From positions 1 through 30,752 of IMG/VR virus record IMGVR_UViG_3300028585_000054: a DNA stretch of 30,752 bases. The stretch is one strand, 5' to 3'. A program made the translations under genes and the position numbers. Positions 15,089 through 24,960 of this stretch are shown piece by piece. Each line of letters starts with the position of its first letter. The first letter of the stretch is position 1. The notes beneath the pieces are model-generated. The model worked only from the letters and a program-made list of their open reading frames with translations. It made no database searches and was not told where the DNA came from. Source of the DNA: a virus (Duplodnaviria; Caudoviricetes).

Positions 15089-17644
15089 ATGGCAGATTTG
15101 GGCCGGCTGGTCGTCAACCTGGAGGCCAACATCGCCCGCTTCACAGCGGACATGAGCCGCGCGTCGGATGCGACTGAAAAAGCGATGGCGCGCATGAACG
15201 CGGCGGCCGATAAGGTCAAGACCGTCCTGGGCTTCATCGGTGCGGCAGTGACATTTGATGCCCTGGTCGGCGAGGTGAATCGGGCAGTTGATGGCCTGGC
15301 GCGCCTCGACGACATGATCCAGAAGACGGGCGATTCGGCCGATATCCTGGCGAAGCTGGGCAAGGTCGCGGCCTTCACCGGGACGGACGTCGGTACGGTC
15401 GACGCGGCGATTGTGAAGCTCGGCAAAAACATGACGACTGCCGATGACAAGGGTAGCAAGTTCGCGAAAGCGATGAAGGCGATTGGCCTCTCCACGGATG
15501 AAATCCTGAAGCTGAAGCCGGCTGAGGCGTTCGTGCGGATTTCGAACCAGCTGCAGGAGTACGAGGATGACGGAAACAAAGCCGCCCTTGTAACCGATGC
15601 GATCAGCAAATCGGCGGCTGACCTGCTGCCGTTCATGAACGACGTCGCGGAAAGCCTCAACGACTTTGCAGGTGAAAGCGCGGAGGCGGCCGCCGCAGCG
15701 GCTACGTACCAAGATGACCTCGGACGCATGAAGGTCAAGTACGACGAGCTTGTCACCTCCATTGTAAAAGATGCTCTGCCGGCGATGACCGATTTCACCG
15801 GCGGAATCTCCGAAGGGATCAAAGAATCGAAGGCGTTGACAGGGATCGCCATCGACAGCTGGGCCGACGACACCGCAGTCGGCCTAGCACGCGTCATCGA
15901 CGTCGCTGTGCTCCTTCCTCGCATCTTGTCCACGATCGGTGGAAGCTTTAAAGCGGTCGCCGCCGATATCGAATTTCTGGCTACGGCGGCGGTAAATGCC
16001 ACTCCTGCCGGCGTTGCTCTCAACTTGGCCCGAGGCATCGATCCGATTGATGTAATCAAGAAAGCGCTCGAGGAACGCAATGCCGTTGTGGACGAAGCGA
16101 ACCGGAAGTTGGACGACCTGTGGAACAAGCCGGCCAACACCTTCGAGCAAGCGGTCCTGAAACGGATCGATACACGGCGTGAGCTTGAAGCAGCGGCTGG
16201 CGCCGATGCGATGGCGGGGCTGTTGCCTGGCGCCGGACCAGAGCCTGAGAAACGAAAAGCGCTGAAGTACGGCAGTGATGACGATGGCAGCGCAGCTGCG
16301 TCAGCACTGCAGGCGCAAATGGCTGCCATCGAGCGTGTTTACAAGCAGGAGCAGGATCAACTAGTGCGCCATGATCGCGCCATGAAGGAGCTGCGCGGGC
16401 AAGAGTTGATCGGATTCGAGTACTACAACGAGGCCCGGCTGACTGCTATCGATGAGGCGAGCGCCGCTGCGGTGCGCGCCTACGACGCGGAGATCAAGGC
16501 GCTGGAAGGCGCTCGTGCGAAAGCTAAAGACGCAACCGCGCGCGACGCGATCGACCTGCAAATCAAAGACAAGAGCGCAGCGAAGGAAAAGGCGTTGCGT
16601 GATGCGCAGGCGGCGCGCACCCAGGAGCTGCTCGAGCAGGGCGCGGCACAGTCCTACCTCACCCGCGAGATGGAGGCATGGAGCCGGCAGCAGGACCAGG
16701 CCATCAGCCAGATGCAGTTCAGCAATGAGCTGTACGGCAAGTCCGCCCTGGAGGTGGAGAAGCTGACCAATGCGCGGCGCGCGCAGTTGGAGGTGGACGA
16801 GAAGATCCGGCGCGCCCAGCAGCAGGGCGCTGTCTCGCAGGAAGCCATCGAGCGTTTCCGGAAGGAGGCCAAGGACAAGGCTGATGCCGCGAATGCGGCC
16901 GCCACGAAAGGCTCTGGCCTAGGGATCATTCAGTCGCTCGAAACCCCGATGGAGTCCGAAAACCGAAACCATGCCAACGTGTTGAAGGACCTGCAGGCGT
17001 ATCGGGATCAGGAGCTCATCGACACGATGGCGGCCAACCAAGCGCTTGAGCGCGAGAACCAGCGGCATGAACAGGCGATGGTGGAAATGCGCATGCAGAC
17101 CAGCATGATGACCGTGCAGTTGGCAGGCGACTCGGCCTCCCAGCTTTACGGCATCTTGCAGCAGGCCGGCATGGAGCAGACCGCGCTCGGCAAGGCGCTT
17201 TTCATTGCCAACAAGGCGATCGCCGTGGCCGAGATCATCATGAACACCGAGTTGGCCGCCGCGAAGGCGCTGGCCATGGGGCCGGTTGTCGGCCCGATCA
17301 TGGCGGGTATCGTGCGTGGCATGGGCTATGCCAGCGCCGGCATCGTTATCGGTACCACGATCGCGTCGGCTGAGGGTGGCTACGACATCCCGGCCGGCGT
17401 GAACCCGGTCACCCAGCTGCACGAGAAGGAGATGGTACTGCCGAAGGCCCAGGCCGAAGTAATCCGGGGTCTGGCCGCGAACGGCGGCGCCGGCGGCAGG
17501 GGCGCGCTCAGCGTCACGTACTCCCCGAACTTCAACATCGATTCGCGCAGCGACCGGGCGCAGGTACAGCGTGACATGCAGATGGTGGCCCAGCAGGCCA
17601 ACGCCGACCTGGTCGACCGGCTGCAGCGCGCAGGGAGGATTTGA
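15089..17644 (+). CDS. Tail tape measure protein (851 aa)
   Basis: RBS GGGAG, ATG 15089; MADLGRLVVNLEAN start, long helical Ala-rich body, SAEGGYDIPAGVNPVTQLHEKEMVLP C-terminal motif; follows G/T. Confidence 0.93.
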   Translation: MADLGRLVVNLEANIARFTADMSRASDATEKAMARMNAAADKVKTVLGFIGAAVTFDALVGEVNRAVDGLARLDDMIQKTGDSADILAKLGKVAAFTGTDVGTVDAAIVKLGKNMTTADDKGSKFAKAMKAIGLSTDEILKLKPAEAFVRISNQLQEYEDDGNKAALVTDAISKSAADLLPFMNDVAESLNDFAGESAEAAAAAATYQDDLGRMKVKYDELVTSIVKDALPAMTDFTGGISEGIKESKALTGIAIDSWADDTAVGLARVIDVAVLLPRILSTIGGSFKAVAADIEFLATAAVNATPAGVALNLARGIDPIDVIKKALEERNAVVDEANRKLDDLWNKPANTFEQAVLKRIDTRRELEAAAGADAMAGLLPGAGPEPEKRKALKYGSDDDGSAAASALQAQMAAIERVYKQEQDQLVRHDRAMKELRGQELIGFEYYNEARLTAIDEASAAAVRAYDAEIKALEGARAKAKDATARDAIDLQIKDKSAAKEKALRDAQAARTQELLEQGAAQSYLTREMEAWSRQQDQAISQMQFSNELYGKSALEVEKLTNARRAQLEVDEKIRRAQQQGAVSQEAIERFRKEAKDKADAANAAATKGSGLGIIQSLETPMESENRNHANVLKDLQAYRDQELIDTMAANQALERENQRHEQAMVEMRMQTSMMTVQLAGDSASQLYGILQQAGMEQTALGKALFIANKAIAVAEIIMNTELAAAKALAMGPVVGPIMAGIVRGMGYASAGIVIGTTIASAEGGYDIPAGVNPVTQLHEKEMVLPKAQAEVIRGLAANGGAGGRGALSVTYSPNFNIDSRSDRAQVQRDMQMVAQQANADLVDRLQRAGRI

Positions 17645-18246
17645 TGGCAGTAATAAACGTCCCGGCCGGGTTCTCGGTCGCGGCCCAGACCTGGGAGCAG
17701 CAGCGCATGGATGTCGAGTTCCGCTCGATGTTCGGTGCCCAGGCGGTGGAGGGGAGCGCGCCGGTCTGGTCAACCACGATCACGTCGAGCCTGAAGCGCC
17801 CGGAACTGTGGCAGGTGCTGATGATGCAGCTGCGCGGCCGCACCAACCAGGTCGCCCTGTGGAATCACGGCAAGCCGATCCCGCGCGGCACCATGCGCGG
17901 CACGATGACGGCGGCAGCCACGGCCCAGGGCGCGACGGCAATGACCGTCACCGCATCGGGGCAGAGCGGCCGCACGTTGCTCGCCGGCGACTACTTGGGC
18001 GTCGGCTCCGGCCTCACGCAGCAGGTGGTCGTGCTCACGGCCGACGCCGTGGCCAACGGCTCCGGCGTCATCGCCGTGTCCTTCGAGCCGTCGCTGCGCA
18101 ATGCGCTCGCCGCCGGCGCCGTCGTCACCTGGGATCGCCCCAAGGCGATCTTCCGGCGCACCGACTCGAAGGCAGCCTGGGAGCATAGTCCCGGCGGCAT
18201 CGTCAAGCCCATTACGCTCAGCCTCATCGAGGACTGGCGACCGTAA
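17644..18246 (+). CDS. Distal tail protein (Dit-like)
   Basis: TGATG overlap with TMP; position; LRGR, L.AGDY, EP.LR motifs. Confidence 0.7.
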   Translation: MAVINVPAGFSVAAQTWEQQRMDVEFRSMFGAQAVEGSAPVWSTTITSSLKRPELWQVLMMQLRGRTNQVALWNHGKPIPRGTMRGTMTAAATAQGATAMTVTASGQSGRTLLAGDYLGVGSGLTQQVVVLTADAVANGSGVIAVSFEPSLRNALAAGAVVTWDRPKAIFRRTDSKAAWEHSPGGIVKPITLSLIEDWRP

Positions 18247-18265
18247 GCAAAACCAGTACAACCCG

Positions 18266-18294
18266 AAGCCCCTTTCTAGGGGCTTTTCTTTTTT
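18266..18294 (+). terminator. Rho-independent terminator
   Basis: AAGCCCCT-TTCT-AGGGGCTT followed by TTCTTTTTT. Confidence 0.8.
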
Positions 18295-18303
18295 CAGGCC
18301 CCA

Positions 18304-18876
18304 ATGACTACTGCAGCACAGAACGCCGAGCTGGCCAAGCCGGTTACCAGGGTCGTCTATTTCGTCGAGTTCGAGTTCGCTTCTGCGACCTCGCGCGTGT
18401 CCACCGCCAACATCCCCATCACCTGGGGCGGCTACGAGTGGTCGGGCGTCGGCACGATCGGCACGATCGGCGCCATCCAGGAATCGGACGGCCTGGAATC
18501 GAAGCCCCTGAATTTCACGCTCAATGCGGCGCAGCCGGCCTGGCTCGCGCTCGCCGTCGGCGCCGTCGAGCAATACCGCGGCCGGCCCGCCAGGATGTAC
18601 ATGTGCCCGCTGAACGAGTCATTCCAGCTGGTGGGCACGCCCGAGAAGTGTTGGTCGGGCGTGATGGACACGCTCAGCGTGGGCGTCGACGACGAGAGCG
18701 GAACGATCACCCTGCGGTGCGAGACCAGCGCCTATGGGCTGAAGCGCCGGCCGGCATTCCGTCTGAACGCCGCGCAGCACAAGAAGGACCACCCGAGCGA
18801 TACCGGGCTGGACTACCTCAACGACCTGATCAGTAATCCTTCTGTATGGCTTTCGAAACGGTTTCAACAAGGATGA
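18304..18876 (+). CDS. Minor tail / baseplate hub protein
   Basis: ITWGG.EW.GVG..G.I..I.E, G.MD, Q....P.D.GL.Y motifs; position. Confidence 0.7.
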   Translation: MTTAAQNAELAKPVTRVVYFVEFEFASATSRVSTANIPITWGGYEWSGVGTIGTIGAIQESDGLESKPLNFTLNAAQPAWLALAVGAVEQYRGRPARMYMCPLNESFQLVGTPEKCWSGVMDTLSVGVDDESGTITLRCETSAYGLKRRPAFRLNAAQHKKDHPSDTGLDYLNDLISNPSVWLSKRFQQG

Positions 18877-19268
18877 AACTCCACGACTACATTGCTGGCC
18901 ACTTGGGCCGGCCGTTCGAATGGGGCGTGCACGACTGCGTGCTGTTCAGCGTGGGCTGGCTGGAGATCGCCACCGGCCGCGACTACCTCACGCAGCACAA
19001 GCCTTGGGCCAGCGCATTCGAGGCAGCGCGCAAGGTCGCCAACCTCGGCGGCCTGGATGCGCTGTTCGATGCCGAGCTCACGCAGATCAACCCGCACTTC
19101 GCGGCTGACGGCGACCTCGCAATCATCCGCGGCACCGCCTTCATCTTCAGCGGCCCGCACGTGGTGTCCGTCGGCGAAGAGGGGCTGACGTTCCTCGACC
19201 GGCTCGAAGCGCAGTACGCCTGGAGCCACGCTCCGGAAAATAAAGGAACACCCGAATGCCACCAGTAA
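18873..19268 (+). CDS. Tail-associated NlpC/P60-like protein (DUF6950-like)
   Basis: ATGA overlap; PFEWGVHDC..F, TG.D, GD motifs; lambda K-equivalent position. Confidence 0.75.
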   Translation: MKLHDYIAGHLGRPFEWGVHDCVLFSVGWLEIATGRDYLTQHKPWASAFEAARKVANLGGLDALFDAELTQINPHFAADGDLAIIRGTAFIFSGPHVVSVGEEGLTFLDRLEAQYAWSHAPENKGTPECHQ

Positions 19269-22200
19269 TTGCCGCTGTCGCCGCCTGGGCCGCCGCCTAC
19301 GCCGGCGTGATCGCCGTGGCCACCGTCGTGATCAGCGCCGGCGCCGCGATCTATGGCGCCGCCCAGGCCCGCAAGGCCGAGCGCGCCGCGCGAGACGCCG
19401 TGCGCGACTCGATGAAGGACCGGATGGTCACTCGCATCGCTACCGAAGCGCCGCACCGCTACATCTACGGCCGGGCCAAGGTCGGCGCCGACATCGTGGC
19501 CATGTTCACCAGCGGCGACAAGGACCAGTTCCGCCACCTGGTGTGCGTGCACGCCGCGCACGAGTGCGACGCGATCGAGGAAGTGTGGGTCAACAACGCC
19601 ATCGTCGACGCCCTGGACAACAACGGCGACCCGACCGCCGGCCGTTTTGCGGTTGACCCGGACAACGAGGTGACCGAGGAGATCGTCACCGGCCCGACAT
19701 TCACCCTGCGCTTCCCGCCAATTCCAAACTCCGTCTGGGTCTTCTCCGGCGCCGGCTCGAAGATGCAGCGGGTCGCAATCACCAGCATTTCCGGCCAGAC
19801 CGTGACGGTTGCCCAGGGCGGCCAGTTGATCGTTTCGTACGAGCGCTATGTGCTGCGCCGGTTCAACGAGCGGATCGGCGACAGCACGCCCAAGCAGAAA
19901 ATCCCGGTGGTGCGCGTGCAGCGGCACCTGGGCAATGCCAGCGACGAGGCCGACGCTTACCTGCGCTCGGTCGTGGGCGACAAGTGGCCTGCCACCTCGG
20001 TGCTGCGCGGCATGTGCTACACCGTCATCACCCTGGACCTGAACCACACCGAATTCCAAGGTGGCCTGGTCCCCATCCACGCGGTGATCCGCGGTCGCAA
20101 GTTGTACGACCCGCGCGACGGCGTCACCCGCTGGTCGCAGAATCCCGCGCTGGTCGTGATGGACTACCTGACGTCGCCTCTGTGCGACGTGCCGATGTCG
20201 GATCTGCCGCTGGCCCAGTTCATCACCGCGGCCAACGCGTGCGACGAGGCCTCGCCCACCGGCGGCGCGCGCTACACCATCAACGGCACGGTCACCTCGG
20301 ACCAGGACCAGAAGGGCGTGCTCGAAGCGATGGCGCAGGCCATGGCCGGCGGCCTGGTCGCGACGACCTGGGATATTTACGCTGGCAAGTACATCGCGCC
20401 GGTGGCCGCGCTGTCGCAGGAAGACATCGTAGGCAGCTTGTCGATCAACCCGGGCGTGTCGGATGCGAGCGTCTACAACGGGGTGAAGGGCCAGTACATC
20501 GGCCCGGAAAACAAGTTCGTCCAGACCGATTTCACGCCCTACCAGAACCCGACCTACCGCGAGGCCGACGGCCGCGACCTGTACACGAACATCGACTTCC
20601 CGTTCACGGAGTCGCTGCAGCGCGTCACCAACCTGGCTCGCGTGTTCACGGAGGACCAGCGCAACGGCTTCACCATCAAGGCCGAGTTCTCGCTGAAGGC
20701 CTGGCCGCTGAAGGTCGGCCAGCGCATCACCTTCACGAGCAAGTTCCTGGGCCAGAACGCGAAGGTGTACCGCATCACCGACAAGTCGTACGCGCCGAAC
20801 TCGGCCGTGCAGCTGACGCTGAAGGAAGACGACGCCAGCATCTGGGACTACGCCGATGCGACCGTCCTGGACAGCACGCCCAACACCGACCTGCCTGATC
20901 CGTGGAAGGTCGACGCGCCGGCCTCGCTGTCGTGCACGTCGGGCGAGGCCACGCTGCTGCGCCAGGCCGACGGGTCGACCGTGCCGCGCATCCTGGCGAC
21001 CTGGCCGGCCATGGCGCAGGCCAGCGGCGTGCAGGTCGAAATCGAATGGCGCGCGGTGTCGTCGCCCACGTGGGAGCGCACCACGGTGTCGGCCGACGAG
21101 ACTCAGGCCTACCTGTCGCCGATCACGCCGGGATTCTTCTACGTCGTGCGCGCGCGGTGCGTGAATCCGTCCCTGAACGCCCGATCCAACGCAGTCGCCA
21201 CCGTCTACCAGGTGGAGGTGCTGAAGGCCGCGCCAACCGTCTATAAATGGGCGGTCGATAAACCGCCGGCGCCGACTGGTGCATCAGCCTATACGTGGAG
21301 CACCGGATCGTTCGGGGCCGCGCCGGCAGGCTGGAGCCGGACTATTCCAGAGCCCCCAACAAGCGGCAACGTCTCGCTGTGGGAGGCGACCGTTCTGGTG
21401 TCGGACATCAGCGCCTCGGGCACATCGGCCTTCCAATGGGCAAGCGCGGCCGTGACTGCCAGGGGCTACAACGCAGGTGACGTGGCAGCAGCCAAGGCTG
21501 CCGCTGACGCTGCCAATGCCGCCGTCACTGCAATCAGCAGTGACAACGTACTGTCGAAAGGCGAGAAGTCGCAGGTCATCCTGGAGTGGACGAACATAGG
21601 CAACGAGTTTGCAGCGATCAGCGCCCAGGCAACTGCTCTCGGCGTGCCTACGGCCGACTACGCGGTCAAGCTGCAAACCCTGTCGGATTACCTGACCGGG
21701 CTTTCGCCGGCGTGGAACGACACGACGAAGGACACAGCGATCGAAGCGAGCATGTACCGCACGAAATTTGCGGACTACTATGCGGCGCGCACCGCGATCG
21801 GGAGCGCCATCTCGGAAAAGGCCGCGACGATGGCGACCTGGGGGAGCATCCGCAACCAGCCAACGGATGTGTCGAACCTCGTCAAGAAAGGAGACTTTGA
21901 GGACGGGCAGGCCGGAACGTGGGGTGGGTATGTTGATGCCCGTGGGGCGCCTGGGAGTCCTTATGCGAAGCAGTTGACGGTGCGGGCGCGCGACGCTTAC
22001 GAGGAAAACCGATTTCCCGTGACCCCTGGCGAGATGCTGTATTTATCGGCGTGGCTCTCTACTGCAGACACCGTATATCCCATGTCCTTCGGACTCCTTG
22101 TCTATGATGCGACAGGCGCCGTTGTTGATTTTGCCCGAGTGTGCCGCCGGCCGGCCGCGCAGGCAGGATGGGCATTCATCGAAGGACCGCTCGTCGTAGT

Positions 22201-22711
22201 GCCGAACGGGGTCGCCGCGCGCCCGTGGCTGTTTCAAGACGGGACCGATTTTACGGGCGTCAGCTTTATGCGCGCCGCGGGGCTCTGGGTCGGGCGGTAT
22301 GCAAAGGGGGCGACCGTAGGCGCTCCGGTTGGCTCGCTGGTCGCTGGCGTGCCTGCTGCTGATATTGCTGCTGGCGCTAACGCGATCAATTCGGTGCTGG
22401 CGGCTACGCTGTCGGGCACCGCCGGTGGTGGCACTTACCCGAATGGCTCGGCGGGCTACGGATACCTGCAGGTCAACATCAGTGGTGGTACCGCGCCATA
22501 CACAGTGCGGTGGATCCTGACCGAGGACTACACGACGGGCACTGCCGGTGTGATGCGGCTGAGCCAGAAGACCGGCACCAGCACCTCGTTCAGCGGCTCG
22601 GGCACCAACGCTACGCTGAGCTATGACGTGACTGCCATCGTCACCGATGCCAAGCAGAAGTCCGTGGCCATCGGGAAAAGCATCATCGTCAACCATGGGA
22701 CGCCAGTATGA
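19256..22711 (+). CDS. Tail tip / host-specificity protein (gpJ-like, 1151 aa)
   Basis: YIYGRAKVG, RGRKLYDPR....WS.NPAL...DYL, FN3-like region, C-terminal carbohydrate-binding and Ig-like domains. Confidence 0.9.
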   Translation: MPPVIAAVAAWAAAYAGVIAVATVVISAGAAIYGAAQARKAERAARDAVRDSMKDRMVTRIATEAPHRYIYGRAKVGADIVAMFTSGDKDQFRHLVCVHAAHECDAIEEVWVNNAIVDALDNNGDPTAGRFAVDPDNEVTEEIVTGPTFTLRFPPIPNSVWVFSGAGSKMQRVAITSISGQTVTVAQGGQLIVSYERYVLRRFNERIGDSTPKQKIPVVRVQRHLGNASDEADAYLRSVVGDKWPATSVLRGMCYTVITLDLNHTEFQGGLVPIHAVIRGRKLYDPRDGVTRWSQNPALVVMDYLTSPLCDVPMSDLPLAQFITAANACDEASPTGGARYTINGTVTSDQDQKGVLEAMAQAMAGGLVATTWDIYAGKYIAPVAALSQEDIVGSLSINPGVSDASVYNGVKGQYIGPENKFVQTDFTPYQNPTYREADGRDLYTNIDFPFTESLQRVTNLARVFTEDQRNGFTIKAEFSLKAWPLKVGQRITFTSKFLGQNAKVYRITDKSYAPNSAVQLTLKEDDASIWDYADATVLDSTPNTDLPDPWKVDAPASLSCTSGEATLLRQADGSTVPRILATWPAMAQASGVQVEIEWRAVSSPTWERTTVSADETQAYLSPITPGFFYVVRARCVNPSLNARSNAVATVYQVEVLKAAPTVYKWAVDKPPAPTGASAYTWSTGSFGAAPAGWSRTIPEPPTSGNVSLWEATVLVSDISASGTSAFQWASAAVTARGYNAGDVAAAKAAADAANAAVTAISSDNVLSKGEKSQVILEWTNIGNEFAAISAQATALGVPTADYAVKLQTLSDYLTGLSPAWNDTTKDTAIEASMYRTKFADYYAARTAIGSAISEKAATMATWGSIRNQPTDVSNLVKKGDFEDGQAGTWGGYVDARGAPGSPYAKQLTVRARDAYEENRFPVTPGEMLYLSAWLSTADTVYPMSFGLLVYDATGAVVDFARVCRRPAAQAGWAFIEGPLVVVPNGVAARPWLFQDGTDFTGVSFMRAAGLWVGRYAKGATVGAPVGSLVAGVPAADIAAGANAINSVLAATLSGTAGGGTYPNGSAGYGYLQVNISGGTAPYTVRWILTEDYTTGTAGVMRLSQKTGTSTSFSGSGTNATLSYDVTAIVTDAKQKSVAIGKSIIVNHGTPV

Positions 22712-23322
22712 TCGAACGCTTTTTTGCTGATGTGCTGTCCTGCGGCCGTGTCCGCGCCTGCCTGCTGGGCGCGGGTTCCGATGATGGTTCGCTGTACGTC
22801 CCTGGGGTGGAAGGGCAGGCCGTCATGCTGGATCGTCCGATCGACTGGCGCGGTCCGACGCCGACCTCGGTGCTGTACTGGGAGTTGGTGGCCGGCCTGC
22901 ACTGGATCGAGAGCGCGTCGCTGCAGGACCTGGGCGCCGAGGCCATCAGGCAGATCGACGCTGCCGGCGACGCTGCGCGGCTGCTGGCCATCGGCGACCC
23001 GGCGCGCGCGCTCGAGTACCAGCAGGCGGAGCTGCAGGCGCGCGAGTACCGGGCCCAGGGCTACGCCGGTGAGGTGCCCGACGACGTTGCCAGCTGGTCG
23101 GAGCCGAAAGGGTGGACCGGGCAGCAGGCAGCGGACGACATCATCACTACGGCCGACCGGTGGCGCGCGGCGCTGAGCGCGATCCGCCGGCTGCGCCTGG
23201 CTGCGAAGGAGGGTGTGCGCGCCCTCGCGGCCGATCCCGCTGGCGCGCACGCCCAGCTTTATGCAGTGCAGGCGCAGTTCGTCGCCGACCTCCAGGCCCT
23301 GATGGCCGGCATCCAGCAGTAA
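22708..23322 (+). CDS. Putative tail fibre assembly/tail protein
   Basis: ATGA overlap; IDAA.D.AR....GDP.RA.EY..AE..A..Y...GY.G.VP..V.SW motif seen after phage tail-tip genes. Confidence 0.6.
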   Translation: MIERFFADVLSCGRVRACLLGAGSDDGSLYVPGVEGQAVMLDRPIDWRGPTPTSVLYWELVAGLHWIESASLQDLGAEAIRQIDAAGDAARLLAIGDPARALEYQQAELQAREYRAQGYAGEVPDDVASWSEPKGWTGQQAADDIITTADRWRAALSAIRRLRLAAKEGVRALAADPAGAHAQLYAVQAQFVADLQALMAGIQQ

Positions 23323-23346
23323 ATAAATCCCATTCCAGGAGAACCT

Positions 23347-23829
23347 ATGGACCCACGTCCAGGCATCGTCACGCTTCGCTTTACCTCGCGCTGGCCCTAC
23401 AACCCGATCAGTCTGGCCATTGCCACGCTGACCGGCTCGCGCTTCTTCAGTCACGTGGTGGCGATCATCGACGACCGCGCGTACGAGGCGTCGATGACGC
23501 ACGGCTGCCGCGCCTGCCCGGTGGCCGAAATCATGAAAGGCATCGTCCGCTACCAGGACATGCACGTCACGGTGCCCGACATCGATGCCGCGCGTGCGTT
23601 TGCCGAGGCCCAGGCCGGCAAGCCCTACGACTTCGCCGGCGCCCTGGCGCTGCCGCTGCTGAAGTCCGACGACTGGAACGACGACAGCCGGTGGTGGTGC
23701 AGCGAGCTGGTCTTCGCGATGCTGATGGCCGGCGGCGTCACGCTGCTGGATCCGGACGAGATGCACCGCGTCACGCCGAACGACCTGTTCCAGTGCTTCT
23801 ATCCGAAGTCCCAGATGATGCGCGCCTGA
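23347..23829 (+). CDS. Permuted papain-like NlpC/P60 (YiiX/YebB-like) enzyme
   Basis: RBS AGGAG; FSHV (His), GKPYDF and WWCSEL (Cys) in permuted order, VTP.DL. Confidence 0.8.
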   Translation: MDPRPGIVTLRFTSRWPYNPISLAIATLTGSRFFSHVVAIIDDRAYEASMTHGCRACPVAEIMKGIVRYQDMHVTVPDIDAARAFAEAQAGKPYDFAGALALPLLKSDDWNDDSRWWCSELVFAMLMAGGVTLLDPDEMHRVTPNDLFQCFYPKSQMMRA

Positions 23830-23846
23830 TCGGCGCCCCGCCCACC

Positions 23847-23870
23847 AGGCCGCAACCAGCGGCTTTTTTT
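23847..23870 (+). terminator. Rho-independent terminator before lysis cassette
   Basis: AGGCCGC-AACCA-GCGGCTT followed by T-run. Confidence 0.65.
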
Positions 23871-23891
23871 ACGCCCAATGAAAAGGCAACC

Positions 23892-24128
23892 ATGAGTAAA
23901 TCCAACATCCCAGAAATGACGAGCTATGCCGGTGCGGCCAGCTCGCTGGGGATCGGTACCCTGACGATGAACGACTGGGCCATCCTCGTCGGCATCCTGA
24001 TGGCCATCCTGACGTTCCTGCTGAACGCTTGGTATGCCGACCGCAGGGACAAGCGTGAGCAACGGCTGAAGGACCTTGAAGAGCAGGAACTGCTGGCGCG
24101 CATTCTCGCACAGGGGATGAAGAAGTGA
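23892..24128 (+). CDS. Holin (HP1-like, 78 aa)
   Basis: RBS AAAGG; hydrophobic segment WAILVGILMAILTFLLNAWY and charged C-terminus; directly upstream of endolysin. Confidence 0.85.
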   Translation: MSKSNIPEMTSYAGAASSLGIGTLTMNDWAILVGILMAILTFLLNAWYADRRDKREQRLKDLEEQELLARILAQGMKK

Positions 24129-24598
24129 GCCGCGTCGCCGGCCTGACCGGAATCGTCGGTGTGGCGGCAGCGGCCGCGCTGCTCGTGTTCACACCAAAGT
24201 TCGAAGGCACGAAGCTGAAAACCTACCGCGACCTGGGCGGCGTGCTGACGTATTGCACCGGCGCCACCGAGAACGCAATGTGGGGCACGACCTACACGCC
24301 GGCCGAATGCCAGGCTCAGCTCGAGCGCGACTTGGAGCGGCACGCCGCCGGCGTTGCGCGCTGCGTGCCGATGAGCCGCCTGAATGCCGGCCAGCGGGTG
24401 GCGTTCGTCGACGCCGCGTACAACATCGGCGTGCCGGCCTTCTGCGGGTCGACCATGGCGCGCCGGATAAATGCCGGCGACGTCGCCGGCGCCTGCGACG
24501 CGCTGCTCATGTGGAACAAGGTCGGCGGCCGCGAGGTGCGCGGCCTGACGTTGCGCCGCCAGAAGGAACGCGAGCTGTGCTTGAAAGGACTGCCATGA
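24125..24598 (+). CDS. Endolysin, GH24 lysozyme with probable SAR domain
   Basis: GTG start; Gly/Ala-rich hydrophobic N-terminus; E-8aa-D-5aa-T triad (FEG...RDLGGVLT); AYNIG; GL..RR..ER.LC. Confidence 0.92.
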   Translation: MSRVAGLTGIVGVAAAAALLVFTPKFEGTKLKTYRDLGGVLTYCTGATENAMWGTTYTPAECQAQLERDLERHAAGVARCVPMSRLNAGQRVAFVDAAYNIGVPAFCGSTMARRINAGDVAGACDALLMWNKVGGREVRGLTLRRQKERELCLKGLP

Positions 24599-24960
24599 TC
24601 GACATTGCCCTGACGAAGTTCCGGCTCGCCGCAAGCGCTGCCGCATTCGTTCTGGTGCTGGCCGGCGCGGTCGCCGCCGGCGCAGTCATCAATGGCTGGC
24701 GTCTGGACGGTGCACACCAGCGCGCGCTGGCCGGCGAGATCGACAAGCGCATCACAGCGGAGCGCAAGCTCGACGACCAGGTCGCGGCAGTCGCGCGCCT
24801 CGGCGATGCGAAGGCCGCTGCCGACGAGCGCCGCCAGGTGGCCGAGAAGTTCGCCGCCGCCGCCATCGCACGCACCGGAAGCCGCGCCGCCGCCGTGGCC
24901 GCCAGCCAGGCGCCGGACTGTAGCGGCGTGATGCGTGAGGCTTGGGAGGGCTGGAAGTGA
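24595..24960 (+). CDS. Inner-membrane spanin (Rz-like)
   Basis: ATGA overlap; N-terminal TM segment followed by coiled-coil; C-terminal Cys. Confidence 0.8.
   Translation: MIDIALTKFRLAASAAAFVLVLAGAVAAGAVINGWRLDGAHQRALAGEIDKRITAERKLDDQVAAVARLGDAKAAADERRQVAEKFAAAAIARTGSRAAAVAASQAPDCSGVMREAWEGWK

Noticed and set aside
4123-23766. Many long minus-strand and alternate-frame ORFs (e.g. 7857-9338, 14944-16329, 18983-20080, 22621-23766)
   Set aside because: Shadow ORFs of high-GC coding sequence that fully overlap well-supported plus-strand phage genes and lack motifs.
19256-23829. Diversity-generating retroelement or invertible tail-fibre cassette
   Set aside because: No reverse transcriptase, invertase, template/variable repeat pair or inverted crossover sites were seen in the window.
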